This document shows, piece after piece, positions 28,441-37,308 of a stretch of 64,000 nucleotides of DNA. The stretch comes from Patescibacteria group bacterium (GTDB lineage Bacteria; Patescibacteriota; Minisyncoccia; Phycocordibacterales; JACOZG01): the NCBI GenBank assembly GCA_034658935.1, contig JAYEGE010000006.1, positions 24,912-88,911 of the forward strand. The letters are read 5' to 3'. Position numbers and translations under genes: made by a program. Position 1 is the first letter of the stretch; each line of letters starts with the position of its first letter. The notes under the pieces are model-generated. The model searched no databases, was not told the origin of the DNA, and saw only the letters and a program-made list of their open reading frames with translations.

Positions 28441-29285
28441 TATTTATATTGATCGAGATCTATACCTTGGTTATAAAAATAGCGATCCAATTGAGCGATG
28501 GCGCCGGCCACAGCTATCGCCTTGCCGGTATATACTTGGGTACTTTGGAAGGCGAGGACTGGTTCGTTAGGGATGCGAGAGATGTCGCGGATATTATTGG
28601 ATAGATCTTGCAAGCTATTAACCACATCTAGGTGCGTGGCTGCTGCGCTTTGTGGTACTGCGGCGCCACTCATCCTAGTGGCTCGTTGTTGGAAGAAATT
28701 ACTCATGCCAATGAGTTTGGTAATAATTGCTGGGTTACTATTTTCGTCGTAAGCCAAGGCGAGCCCAACAGCATTTTCTCCAGAGAAGGTCCGCATGTTT
28801 CTGAGGAACCCAACGAATACCAGGGTGTAAGCCTCAAGGGTGGCCTGATTAGTAGCCACAATATTGAGATCAGAGATCCGATAGCTGGTCTGACGCTGAG
28901 CTAATTCTTCCTGCTCTAGTTTCAGGAGCGGCTTCGTCCTCTCTTTTAGAGCTTGGCCCAGGGTGGCGGCTGCCCGCTCTTCTGGTCGGATCAATTGATC
29001 CCCTGGTCCAGGCTTGGTGGGGCTACGATCAGCTAGAACCTCGGCTCCATCGACGGTGCCGTCGCCGTCCGTGTCAGGATTATCTAGGTCACTACCCCAA
29101 AGCAGTTCTTCCCAATCGGCCAAGCCGTCGTTGTCACTGTCGCCCTGTTCTTGAAGGTAGAAAGGGACGTCGCTGTCTGTACCTGGGTTTTGTAGGCTTT
29201 TATCGCCGACGTACCATAAGGAAAATAACCCACCAGCAAGGAGGACAACCAGTAGCAAAACTACAATAAAAATTCTTCTCCCCAC
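28440..29285 (-). CDS. hypothetical membrane-anchored protein with DxDxDG calcium-binding-like motifs
   Basis: 281 aa with an N-terminal TM and motifs DSDNDGLADWEE and DTDGDGTVDGAE (thrombospondin type 3 / EF-hand-like). Confidence 0.55.
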   Translation of the reverse strand: MGRRIFIVVLLLVVLLAGGLFSLWYVGDKSLQNPGTDSDVPFYLQEQGDSDNDGLADWEELLWGSDLDNPDTDGDGTVDGAEVLADRSPTKPGPGDQLIRPEERAAATLGQALKERTKPLLKLEQEELAQRQTSYRISDLNIVATNQATLEAYTLVFVGFLRNMRTFSGENAVGLALAYDENSNPAIITKLIGMSNFFQQRATRMSGAAVPQSAAATHLDVVNSLQDLSNNIRDISRIPNEPVLAFQSTQVYTGKAIAVAGAIAQLDRYFYNQGIDLDQYK

Positions 29286-29380
29286 CTTCTCTAATTGTAG
29301 CCTTATTGTGGCGATAAAAACATAGAGATAGCAACAAGATAGTGGATAATTAATAAGGGTGTTCGTGCTACAGTAGACCC

Positions 29381-29998
29381 ATGTTTAAGTTCTCAGTTTG
29401 GCTTGTAATTGTGTTACTTATTTTGCCTGTTTTGGGTGCGGGGCCGATGGTCTCGGCTAGCATTTTGGATGTTGATAGGCATACGGCTACGCTTCCTCAG
29501 GAACCTGATCCAGAACCTATTCCTGCGGCGCCTGGTGAGTTTTTTAGTAATCGGCAGGAGTTGATCGCTACGTTGACGACAATGATAGGTCTCCTGCAGC
29601 AAATTATAATTTTAAAGCAAGAAAAGACTCCTGCTACTCAAAATACGACTAACCTTAGTCAGAGTAAGGTCGAAGCTGATGATGACGATTCTCTTTCCCT
29701 ACTTTCCACTGCTCCTACTATCACTAGCGTTAGCCCCACCTACGGTCCAAATGGCACCAGGGTTACCTTGCGGGGGGAAGGATTTACTCCCACCGACAAT
29801 ATTATCTTTACTGGTTTTGATCGAGTTGTCGCTAGTTCGGCCAATGGCGAGAGCCTAAGTTTTACTTTAGTTTCACCTTGGCGACCGGACGCAGCTTGGT
29901 CCCCCGGCTCTAACTTCCCTGAAATTAAATTACGTTTTTATGTCCGCAATAGCTGGGGGCAGACGGAAGTGCCAGGAGAATTTGTTTTCGATTTTTAA
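29381..29998 (+). CDS. hypothetical secreted protein with IPT/TIG-like domain
   Basis: 205 aa with a signal peptide; ITSVSPTYGPNGTRVTLRGEGF resembles an IPT/TIG Ig-like fold. Confidence 0.5.
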   Translation: MFKFSVWLVIVLLILPVLGAGPMVSASILDVDRHTATLPQEPDPEPIPAAPGEFFSNRQELIATLTTMIGLLQQIIILKQEKTPATQNTTNLSQSKVEADDDDSLSLLSTAPTITSVSPTYGPNGTRVTLRGEGFTPTDNIIFTGFDRVVASSANGESLSFTLVSPWRPDAAWSPGSNFPEIKLRFYVRNSWGQTEVPGEFVFDF

Positions 29999-30004
29999 TT
30001 TTGC

Positions 30005-30397
30005 TTGAATAATCCTATGTTTAATTTTAGAAAATCTAAGTTTACCTTTCTTAGTTTGTTGATTGCCCTTGTTTTGATCTTTGGTGCCCAATGGTTGTCT
30101 GGTTCACGAACAGAAAAAGCGGAGGCCCTATCGATGACTAATTTTGGCGGCCCGGTTTTAATGTCTCTCGTTTGTTGTGATGGGATAATGATCGTAGTTG
30201 GCCCACCGGCGCCCGGCAGGTTCCTATTTGGTATCAGTTCTATTCCTTACGCCTGGTACAATTTTGCCACTCCTGGAGCGAATGTCTTGGGGACTTATAA
30301 TCCTGGTGGCTCATGCAGGTTATTGCCCTATTGTTATCCTATTATTCCGCTTGATGGGACGATCGGAATAATCGGTAGCTCTGGTCTGGGGATCTAG
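30005..30397 (+). CDS. hypothetical small secreted/membrane protein
   Basis: 130 aa with an N-terminal TM; Cys and Gly/Pro-rich. Confidence 0.45.
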   Translation: MNNPMFNFRKSKFTFLSLLIALVLIFGAQWLSGSRTEKAEALSMTNFGGPVLMSLVCCDGIMIVVGPPAPGRFLFGISSIPYAWYNFATPGANVLGTYNPGGSCRLLPYCYPIIPLDGTIGIIGSSGLGI

Positions 30398-30399
30398 AT

Positions 30400-30900
30400 T
30401 TATAAACTAATACCGTCTCCGGTTTGGAGATTAAAGTTCTCGGCCAAGCCGGCGTTAACCTCTAAAACATAACGAATGGGTTGAGGTGGAGAGAAGGTCT
30501 GGGGGAAGGAGTCCGGCTGGACATTATGTTCGATTTCGATAATACGCAATTGACTGTCTAGCCACAGGATATCAATGGGGAAATTCATATCCTTCATCCA
30601 AAAAGATGGCTCAGCCGGGCGCTCAAATGAGAAAAGCATTCCCTCGAATTCGCCCAAACTTTCGCGCCCAGAGAGCCCGCGAGCCTGCTCTTGAGAGGTC
30701 TTAGCTAGCTTTACCTGGAGGCGTAGACTCCGCACGCGGAGTTCAATAGACTCGGTTTGTTGCTCTGCGATTATTTTATCTAAACGATAAGCGGGGGTGC
30801 GGAATATTTGCACTAAGAAAGCAACAAAGATCAGAATGATGATAATAAGAAACCAACTTACTTTGCTTGTGTGTTGATGAAGTTCGTGAGACATAGCCAT
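30400..30900 (-). CDS. DUF192 family protein
   Basis: 166 aa with an N-terminal TM; MKDMNFPIDILWLD matches the DUF192 core. Confidence 0.65.
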   Translation of the reverse strand: MAMSHELHQHTSKVSWFLIIIILIFVAFLVQIFRTPAYRLDKIIAEQQTESIELRVRSLRLQVKLAKTSQEQARGLSGRESLGEFEGMLFSFERPAEPSFWMKDMNFPIDILWLDSQLRIIEIEHNVQPDSFPQTFSPPQPIRYVLEVNAGLAENFNLQTGDGISL

Positions 30901-31643
30901 TGTTCTAAAGTTAATTCTTCAGCTCTCGCCTTGGGTTCAATTTTACAACTCTCTAATACGTCTGTCGATACATTTAAATTGCTAGCAAGTAATTTACGTT
31001 TATGAGCAAAGCCCTTTTTAAGTAAAGTGAAGAATCTTTCTTCCTCTCCCTTGGTAGCCAACCTATCTCGAGAAATCTCATCAATAAGTAATATGGCCGA
31101 ATCAACTTTAGACCTTGGTGTGAAGTGCCTGGCGGCAACTCTGGCAACGAGACGTGGCTGACCAAAAACTTTCACGCTTAAAGACAGTAAACTTTCTTTA
31201 ACTTTGGTGCGGGCGCCGCGGCGAGCCGTGGTTGCGATGCGCTCTGCTACTTCTTGTTGGAGCATTAAGACCACTAACTCGGGTTGTTGCACGGCGGTTA
31301 GTAGCTGGCGCAGGATCTGTCCGGTCAGATAATACGGAATATTGGCCACCACCTTGTATTTACCCTTAAGCGCTTGGTCGACGATATCGCCATGAATGAC
31401 CACTAATTTCCCCGTTTCCACCGCCCCACTGAAGCGATTATTGAGAAAACTGATTAACCGATCGTCTTTTTCCACTGCCACCACCTTCCCCGCCTGTTTC
31501 AATAGGGCCCCAGTTAGGAAACCCCTTCCCGGCCCTATTTCGAGTACGGCGTCTTTGGTTCCCAATTTGGCAGCCTTAATGATTTTGCTCCGAATAGCCG
31601 CGCTATTCAGCCAATTTTGCCCCAATGATTTCTTCGCCCTCAT
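30858..31643 (-). CDS. rsmA: 16S rRNA (adenine1518/1519-N6)-dimethyltransferase
   Basis: 261 aa with SAM-binding motif LEIGPGRGFLT and the NIPY motif (VVANIPYY). Confidence 0.9.
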   Translation of the reverse strand: MRAKKSLGQNWLNSAAIRSKIIKAAKLGTKDAVLEIGPGRGFLTGALLKQAGKVVAVEKDDRLISFLNNRFSGAVETGKLVVIHGDIVDQALKGKYKVVANIPYYLTGQILRQLLTAVQQPELVVLMLQQEVAERIATTARRGARTKVKESLLSLSVKVFGQPRLVARVAARHFTPRSKVDSAILLIDEISRDRLATKGEEERFFTLLKKGFAHKRKLLASNLNVSTDVLESCKIEPKARAEELTLEQWLCLTNFINTQAK

Positions 31644-31674
31644 ACTTCTGTCCCCAATCTGGCCTCCTTATCCC

Positions 31675-31698
31675 ATTTGGACACTTCGTGTCCAAATT
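31675..31698. repeat. REP palindrome TTTGGACACTTCGTGTCCAAAT
   Basis: Perfect palindrome inside the 3-prime end of the RAYT ORF. Confidence 0.9.
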
Positions 31699-31838
31699 TA
31701 TTTTCGACAATATCTTGGAGGGAAGCCTCGGCGAACTCTCGGTATTCTTTGGGGCTCCCGAATTGGCTTAAAATAAGGCTTTTATCGCAGATCGTCCCCG
31801 CGTTATCTCCCAAATACTCACTCCAACTAGTCCGTGCT

Positions 31839-31862
31839 AATTTGGACACTGCGTGTCCAAAT
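31839..31862. repeat. REP palindrome TTTGGACACTGCGTGTCCAAAT
   Basis: Perfect palindrome inside the RAYT ORF. Confidence 0.9.
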
Positions 31863-32344
31863 GAATGGGCTTGATGGTTGAGGTTGATATAGACGCTGAG
31901 ATGCAATAAATACTCATCCGAATCCACATGTTTTGCCTGGAACCCACTTTCCCATAGCCTCCCTTTCCGCTTGTAACGAGCGTTGAAATACTTGCTGTAT
32001 CCCATATTTAGACGTTGCATGAAGCGCTCGATACCTTTTTCGGCAGTTGGTTGAACCAAGAAATGATAATGGTTTGGATTAATGGCGTAAGCTACGAATT
32101 TAACCAATGGTGATTTGGCTCCATTGATAGGTGGATAGCCGAGCTTCTCTAGGCGTTTGTCGATAAAGGGTTTTTCGTAGAGGCTACCAGTGGTTTGTTT
32201 GCTATTGAATTCCCGTAAGGCCAAGAAAAAACGCTCAACATCACTATTATCGAGAAAAACCGACCTTTTCTCTACTCCGCGATTATAAATATGGTAGAAT
32301 TCGCCCTCTACGAATGGTTTTTTCCTCATTGTCGCCATCTTAAC

Positions 32345-32368
32345 ATTTGGACACTGCGTGTCCAAATT
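32345..32368. repeat. REP palindrome TTTGGACACTGCGTGTCCAAAT
   Basis: Perfect palindrome at the 5-prime end of the RAYT ORF. Its translation gives the spurious MDTQCPNV N-terminus. Confidence 0.9.
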
Positions 32369-32375
32369 ATTTAGG

Positions 32376-34358
32376 TTAGAAATCGATGCTAATTAAGGGT
32401 GTATTTCGATCGGCGAGGAGGTTATCGTCGATGTCGGCCAGGAAATCCGAGGGGAGATTGACTCGGCGGGAGCCGAAGATGGTTCGGCTCTGGGCGTAAC
32501 TCAAATAAAGCCTCTCGCGAGCGCGAGTGAGAGCGACGTAGAAGAGTCGTCGTTCCTCTTCCCCGTCTCTCTCCTCGTCTTCTCCGAAGCGTACGTAAGG
32601 GAAGAGCCCCTGTTCCATACCAACAATGAACACGTATTTAAATTCTAAGCCTTTGGCGGCGTGGACGGTCATCAATCTGACGCCCGCCTTTCTGCCTGAT
32701 TGCTTTTGATCCAAACTGTCTTGCTCGCTAGTTAGAGAAGCATCGGTTAACATTTGCCAGGTGCCTTCCCCAGGCGGGAATTGGTCGTACTTCAAGGCCA
32801 AGGTGGCTAACTCTCGCAAGTTACCCAAACGCTCCTCCCCTTCTGGCCCATCTTTCTTTAATTCTTCCTCTAAACCAGAATGTTTGATGGCGAATTTAAT
32901 TAAGTCACTTGGTTTTTCTTTTAATGCCGCTTCTTTGATCTCTGCCAGAACTTTGTCGAAGGCTGCTATTTTCACTCGCGTTTTAGCTGGCAAACTTTCA
33001 CTCAAGCCGGCGGCCATCTTCCCTAAAGTAACTTTGCCTATCCCTCGTGGTGGGACATTAATGATCCGCTTCTTACTCTCCCAATCTTCTGGATTTAAGG
33101 CCGCCCTAATCACTGCCAACACGTCCCTAACTTCTTTGCGTTCAAAGAAGCGAGTGCCCAATACTTGATAAGGCAAACCAGCCCTAAGCAGAGCCTCTTC
33201 TAAGATTCGCGATTGGAAATTGGCCCTATAAAGTATAGCTATTTCGCTAGCCTCTGTCTTTTCCTTAAGTAGGCCCTGGATCTCGTTCGCTACCATCGAG
33301 GCCTCTTCTCCTTCATCAATTCCGACCATGAATTGAATCAATTCGCCGTCTGGATTCTTGGTGAAAAGTTTCTTGTCGTGTCGTTGCTGGTTCTTACTTA
33401 TTACTTGGTTGGCGGCGGTTAAGATTGTTTGAGTGGAGCGATAATTTTCTTCTAATAAAATAATTTTTGCCTCCTTATAATCTTTTTCAAAACGCATTAA
33501 GTTCTTGAAGTCTGCTCCGCGCCAACTATAAATAGATTGATCGACATCGCCAACAACACAAATGTTCTGACTCTTGGCTGCTAGTAATTTAGCTAACTCG
33601 TATTGTGCTACGTTAGTGTCTTGATACTCATCAATATGGAGATAGGGCCAACGTCGTTGGTAATACTCGAGGATCTTAGATTCTTTTTGCAATAACTTAA
33701 CCACTTTAAGAAGCAGGTCGTCGAAGTCGAGAGCTTGGCGTTTAGCTAAGGCTTGTTCATAAAGTGGCCAGATTATGGCGGCAATTTTCATTGGCGGCCA
33801 TTGGCCCTTGCTTGCTTTCTCTCTAAAACTATCTGCTGTTACTAAATTACCTTTCTCGCGGCTGATGATTCCCAAAATTCGTCGCGGCTCTACCTCCCTG
33901 CTCTCTATTCCTCGATCCTTCAGGAGCCCCTTAACAATACTCATGGAATCATCCTTATCGGCGATAGAAAAAAAGCGATTCAAGCCTAGGGCCCCGGCGT
34001 TCTCTTTCAAGATATAGGCGCCGAGAGCGTGGAAGGTGCTAACAAAAGGGCTAGCTGGCCCTCTCCTTCCCTCGTCACCCCAGGCTCCCCCCAATAGTTT
34101 GCTGATTCGCTTGCCCATCTCCTTGGCCGCCTTATTGGTGAAAGTAATCGCTAAGATTTTCTCTGGCTCTACTCCACCATCTATTAATTGACCGATCCGA
34201 TAAGTAATCGCCTTAGTCTTACCAGAGCCGGCACCGGCTACGATGAGGAGCGGCCCTTCTTTATGGGTTACTGCTTCCTTTTGGGCTGGATTGAGGCCGC
34301 TTAAATCTATCATTGTCACCAAGTCTAGCATGCTGAGGGCCACTTCTTGGTTATCCAC
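32376..34358 (-). CDS. pcrA: ATP-dependent DNA helicase PcrA/UvrD family
   Basis: 660 aa with Walker A AGAGSGKTKAIT and the UvrD/Rep superfamily 1 helicase motifs. Confidence 0.9.
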   Translation of the reverse strand: MDNQEVALSMLDLVTMIDLSGLNPAQKEAVTHKEGPLLIVAGAGSGKTKAITYRIGQLIDGGVEPEKILAITFTNKAAKEMGKRISKLLGGAWGDEGRRGPASPFVSTFHALGAYILKENAGALGLNRFFSIADKDDSMSIVKGLLKDRGIESREVEPRRILGIISREKGNLVTADSFREKASKGQWPPMKIAAIIWPLYEQALAKRQALDFDDLLLKVVKLLQKESKILEYYQRRWPYLHIDEYQDTNVAQYELAKLLAAKSQNICVVGDVDQSIYSWRGADFKNLMRFEKDYKEAKIILLEENYRSTQTILTAANQVISKNQQRHDKKLFTKNPDGELIQFMVGIDEGEEASMVANEIQGLLKEKTEASEIAILYRANFQSRILEEALLRAGLPYQVLGTRFFERKEVRDVLAVIRAALNPEDWESKKRIINVPPRGIGKVTLGKMAAGLSESLPAKTRVKIAAFDKVLAEIKEAALKEKPSDLIKFAIKHSGLEEELKKDGPEGEERLGNLRELATLALKYDQFPPGEGTWQMLTDASLTSEQDSLDQKQSGRKAGVRLMTVHAAKGLEFKYVFIVGMEQGLFPYVRFGEDEERDGEEERRLFYVALTRARERLYLSYAQSRTIFGSRRVNLPSDFLADIDDNLLADRNTPLISIDF

Positions 34359-34523
34359 AAAGGGTCCTGGCAGACTTGAAGTGGGTCTACCCTCATGCTA
34401 GGATAACAGTCTCCGCTCTTCTGACTGCCAATATGGCTGATCGACCGGAATACCGCTTAAACTGGGCTTATTTTACCTCAACTATCAGCGTCTAACCCCT
34501 CTCGGTTCTCGGGTTGGACTGTC

Positions 34524-35468
34524 ATGATCGCTCTATTTATAGTCCTTCTCTCGGCAGGGCTATTTTGGCCTGTCTGGCATGCCCAGGCGGGCCTTATTGG
34601 TTCTAATTCTCAGACCTTGGGTTTGGCGCCTAATTCGCCTAACCCAGCCACTGCAATCGGTGGGAGTGAGATCACGATTACTGGTGGTGCCCTTCTCCCC
34701 GATAGTGGGGTGATCGGTACTATGGCCGATGTTGAGGATAAGCCTAAGAGCGATCAGATTAGTCTGTATGTTGTTCGCGAGGGCGACTCTTTATCTCAGA
34801 TCGCCGAGATGTTTAGTGTTTCAGTGAACACTATCGCCTGGGCCAACGACTTCGAGCGTGGTGCCACCATTAGGCCTGGTCAGATGCTCCTTATTCTCCC
34901 TGTTTCAGGTATCCGCCACACTGTGGCCGAGGGTGAGACGGTGAGGAGTATCGCCAAGAAGTATCAGGGTGACGCGGAGGAGATTATTCAATTCAACGGC
35001 TTAGACGCTGAAGGCATTTTGGCTAAGGGTGATGTCGTTACGATTCCTGGTGGCGCCCATTCTGTGGCACCATCTAGCAAGAAGGTTTATGCCGAAGTCC
35101 GAGGTTCTAATGGCCCGTCCTATGCTGGGTATTACATACGGCCTATTGTCGGTGGAGTCCGTTCTCAAGGCCTGCACGGCCATAATGCCATTGACCTAGC
35201 GGCCCCTGCCGGAACCCCTATCATGGCCGCCGCCTCCGGTCAGGTTATTGTCAGCCGGTCTGGTGGTTGGAACGGGGGTTATGGTAATTACGTAGTAATT
35301 AGACATGATAATGACACTCAGACACTTTATGCTCACAATACCAGCAATACCGTCGGGGTGGGTCAGCGAGTGGTCCAGGGTCAGGTGATCGGTTATATGG
35401 GTTCGACTGGCCGCTCGACCGGCAATCATGTCCACTTTGAAATCCGTGGGGCTAAAAATCCATTTTAG
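34524..35468 (+). CDS. LysM domain-containing M23 family metallopeptidase
   Basis: 314 aa with a signal peptide, two LysM-like segments, and M23 motifs HNAIDLAAPAGTPI and GNHVHFEIR. Confidence 0.85.
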   Translation: MIALFIVLLSAGLFWPVWHAQAGLIGSNSQTLGLAPNSPNPATAIGGSEITITGGALLPDSGVIGTMADVEDKPKSDQISLYVVREGDSLSQIAEMFSVSVNTIAWANDFERGATIRPGQMLLILPVSGIRHTVAEGETVRSIAKKYQGDAEEIIQFNGLDAEGILAKGDVVTIPGGAHSVAPSSKKVYAEVRGSNGPSYAGYYIRPIVGGVRSQGLHGHNAIDLAAPAGTPIMAAASGQVIVSRSGGWNGGYGNYVVIRHDNDTQTLYAHNTSNTVGVGQRVVQGQVIGYMGSTGRSTGNHVHFEIRGAKNPF

Positions 35469-35565
35469 TTTTATGACGTTTGATTTTATTTTGATGGCAT
35501 TAATTTTCGCTCGACAATATGTAGCGTAATTTTATTTTTTATCTTTTGATCTAGATAATATTCCA

Positions 35566-35607
35566 AATTGAAAAACTACCCCGATGGACATCGGGGTAGT
35601 TTTTCAA
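35566..35607. terminator. bidirectional terminator hairpin
   Basis: Perfect 16-bp stem GAAAAACTACCCCGATG-GACA-CATCGGGGTAGTTTTTC with A/T runs on both sides. Confidence 0.65.
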
Positions 35608-35654
35608 TTTGCCCTGAGCAAGCCCCTTCCCCGCGAGTCGAGGGGGCTTATTCG

Positions 35655-35677
35655 CTTGGACATTGAATGTCCAAATT
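35655..35677. repeat. REP variant CTTGGACATTGAATGTCCAAATT
   Basis: Palindrome with GGACAT arms instead of GGACAC. Confidence 0.8.
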
Positions 35678-35785
35678 CGGGGTAAACCGTGTTCTGACTT
35701 TCTACCGGGATTCCCGGTAAATATATGAAAATACATCTCCCAAATAGCGCCTTTTTGGCCAATATAGACTCTTTTTTAAGGAATT

Positions 35786-36219
35786 TTGACCCTTCCCGAA
35801 AAGACGTGCTTCATATTACCGCAAATAAAAAGCTCCGAAGAATTAACTAGATTTCTCACAGAAATAGTTCCCCTACTTCGTCTGGAACCCAGACATGCGA
35901 AACCGATCCAGTATATTATTAGTGAATTAGTAAGAAACGTTTTAGAACATGCTCAAGCTGATAACGGTGCAATTGTATGTGCTCAGTACCATAAGAAAAG
36001 TAATATGATCCGAATAGGGATAGCTGATACTGGACTTGGTATAAAAAGAACAATCAATAAGTCCTACAATGCCGCCGATGATCTAGAGGCCATAAAACTT
36101 GCGCTTGTACCAGGAATCACTGGTACTACAAAAAAGCAGGTGGCTCTGAGCTTAATGCTGGGGCGGGCTTGTTTTTCATAAAATCGATTATATGCAACAA
36201 AGTTAGCGATAGGATTTAA
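35786..36219 (+). pseudogene. HATPase_c-type anti-sigma factor/serine kinase-like gene interrupted by a frameshift in an A6 run
   Basis: Frame 1 (35786-36181) gives ELVRNVLEHA...IGIADTGLGI...GITGTTKK, then terminates. The A6 run lies at 36130-36135. The shifted frame from 36130, ending at 36219, continues KKAGGSELNAGAGLFFIKSIICNKVSDRI, which includes the expected G-x-G-L ATP-lid motif. Confidence 0.55.
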
Positions 36220-36242
36220 TTTGGACACTCAGTGTCCAAATT
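36218..36242. repeat. REP palindrome AATTTGGACACTCAGTGTCCAAATT
   Basis: Perfect palindrome. Confidence 0.9.
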
Positions 36243-36246
36243 CTGA

Positions 36247-37308
36247 TTAGTGCACTAGTTGTGGGGTGCCTTGTTTGACTTGGTAAATTTTCTCTGCACG
36301 GTCGGCTGTCCTGCTGGGACCAAAAACTTTATCAAGTCCAGATTTTAGTGAAGAATCAAGATTTTTAGCATCCATTAACTTAACGATCCCATCGTAACCG
36401 AAGGAAACTAAAGCTGCGTCGAGGATGTCGGTGCCATAGACGGATTTATACTTGGACATTAGCTCTTCCGCCTTATCAGTATAGAAGTTGGTGAAGAAGA
36501 CACCCTCAGCGGCAGAGCCAGCCTCGTTAATTACATCTTGGATTAGAGGGTCGCCAGTCATGAGAGTTGCCCCTAATCCCATTTGCCCAGCTTGGGTCAA
36601 AAATTGAGCATTATGGGGCGGGATCAAAGGAAAATAGACACCATCAGTATCAGACTGTTTAGCTTTAGTTATCGCAGTGCGGTAATCAGTGGTCTCAACT
36701 GAAAGAGTCTCATTGAATGTTACTTCTCCGCCAAGACTTTTAAAGGTTTCGGTGAACACACCAGTAGAAATTTCTGCCCAGGGATCGACGTGGCCGACGA
36801 TTGCTACTTTTCTAAGATTTAGAGTCTCAGAGGCATATTTAGCCATATCTCTAGCTGCTTGCTCGGTAGAGAAACCGTTGCTGAAAATATATTCACCGCC
36901 AGTGTTAATTAAGTGATTGCTATCCCAAAGAACCAAGAGAGGCGTTTTCTCAGTAGCAAAGAGGGGCATAATAGGTTGTGCTTCTTCGATGAGCATCGTC
37001 ACAACTACATCTACCTCGTCTATGTTAATTAACTTATTGGCCGCGCTGACAGATTGCTTGAGGTCAAAGGCGTCATCTTCATAAATGACCTCAATCCGCT
37101 CGCCATTTTCATTAATCTCTTGCACGGCCAGATCAATACCTTTTTTAATTTCCTCACCGACAAAGGCGATATCTCCGGTCAGCGGCAGGATTGCCCCTAC
37201 TTTTAATAAGTCGTCTGGTGCTTTTCGGTCTTGACCAAGGGAAAAAGCTATAAAACCCATGACAATTAGTCCACATAGAACGATTACAGCTATTTTAATC
37301 TTTTGCAT
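36247..37308 (-). CDS. periplasmic substrate-binding protein, branched-chain amino acid (LivJ/LivK)-like, type 1 PBP fold
   Basis: Signal/anchor MQKIKIAVIVLCGLIVMGFIAF and the PLTGDIAFVGEEIKKG pattern of cluster-4 SBPs. No permease or ATPase genes are adjacent. Confidence 0.7.
   Translation of the reverse strand: MQKIKIAVIVLCGLIVMGFIAFSLGQDRKAPDDLLKVGAILPLTGDIAFVGEEIKKGIDLAVQEINENGERIEVIYEDDAFDLKQSVSAANKLINIDEVDVVVTMLIEEAQPIMPLFATEKTPLLVLWDSNHLINTGGEYIFSNGFSTEQAARDMAKYASETLNLRKVAIVGHVDPWAEISTGVFTETFKSLGGEVTFNETLSVETTDYRTAITKAKQSDTDGVYFPLIPPHNAQFLTQAGQMGLGATLMTGDPLIQDVINEAGSAAEGVFFTNFYTDKAEELMSKYKSVYGTDILDAALVSFGYDGIVKLMDAKNLDSSLKSGLDKVFGPSRTADRAEKIYQVKQGTPQLVH

Larger units (their letters stand above)
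31640..32338 (-). mobile_element. REP-associated tyrosine transposase (RAYT, IS200/IS605-like Y1 transposase)
   Basis: HUH motif HYHFLV and a C-terminal GRLWESGFQAKHVDSDEY (G-LWQ..Y.DH..) block. The ORF reads through three REP palindromes at its N-terminus, middle and C-terminus, so the true ends are uncertain. Confidence 0.8.
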
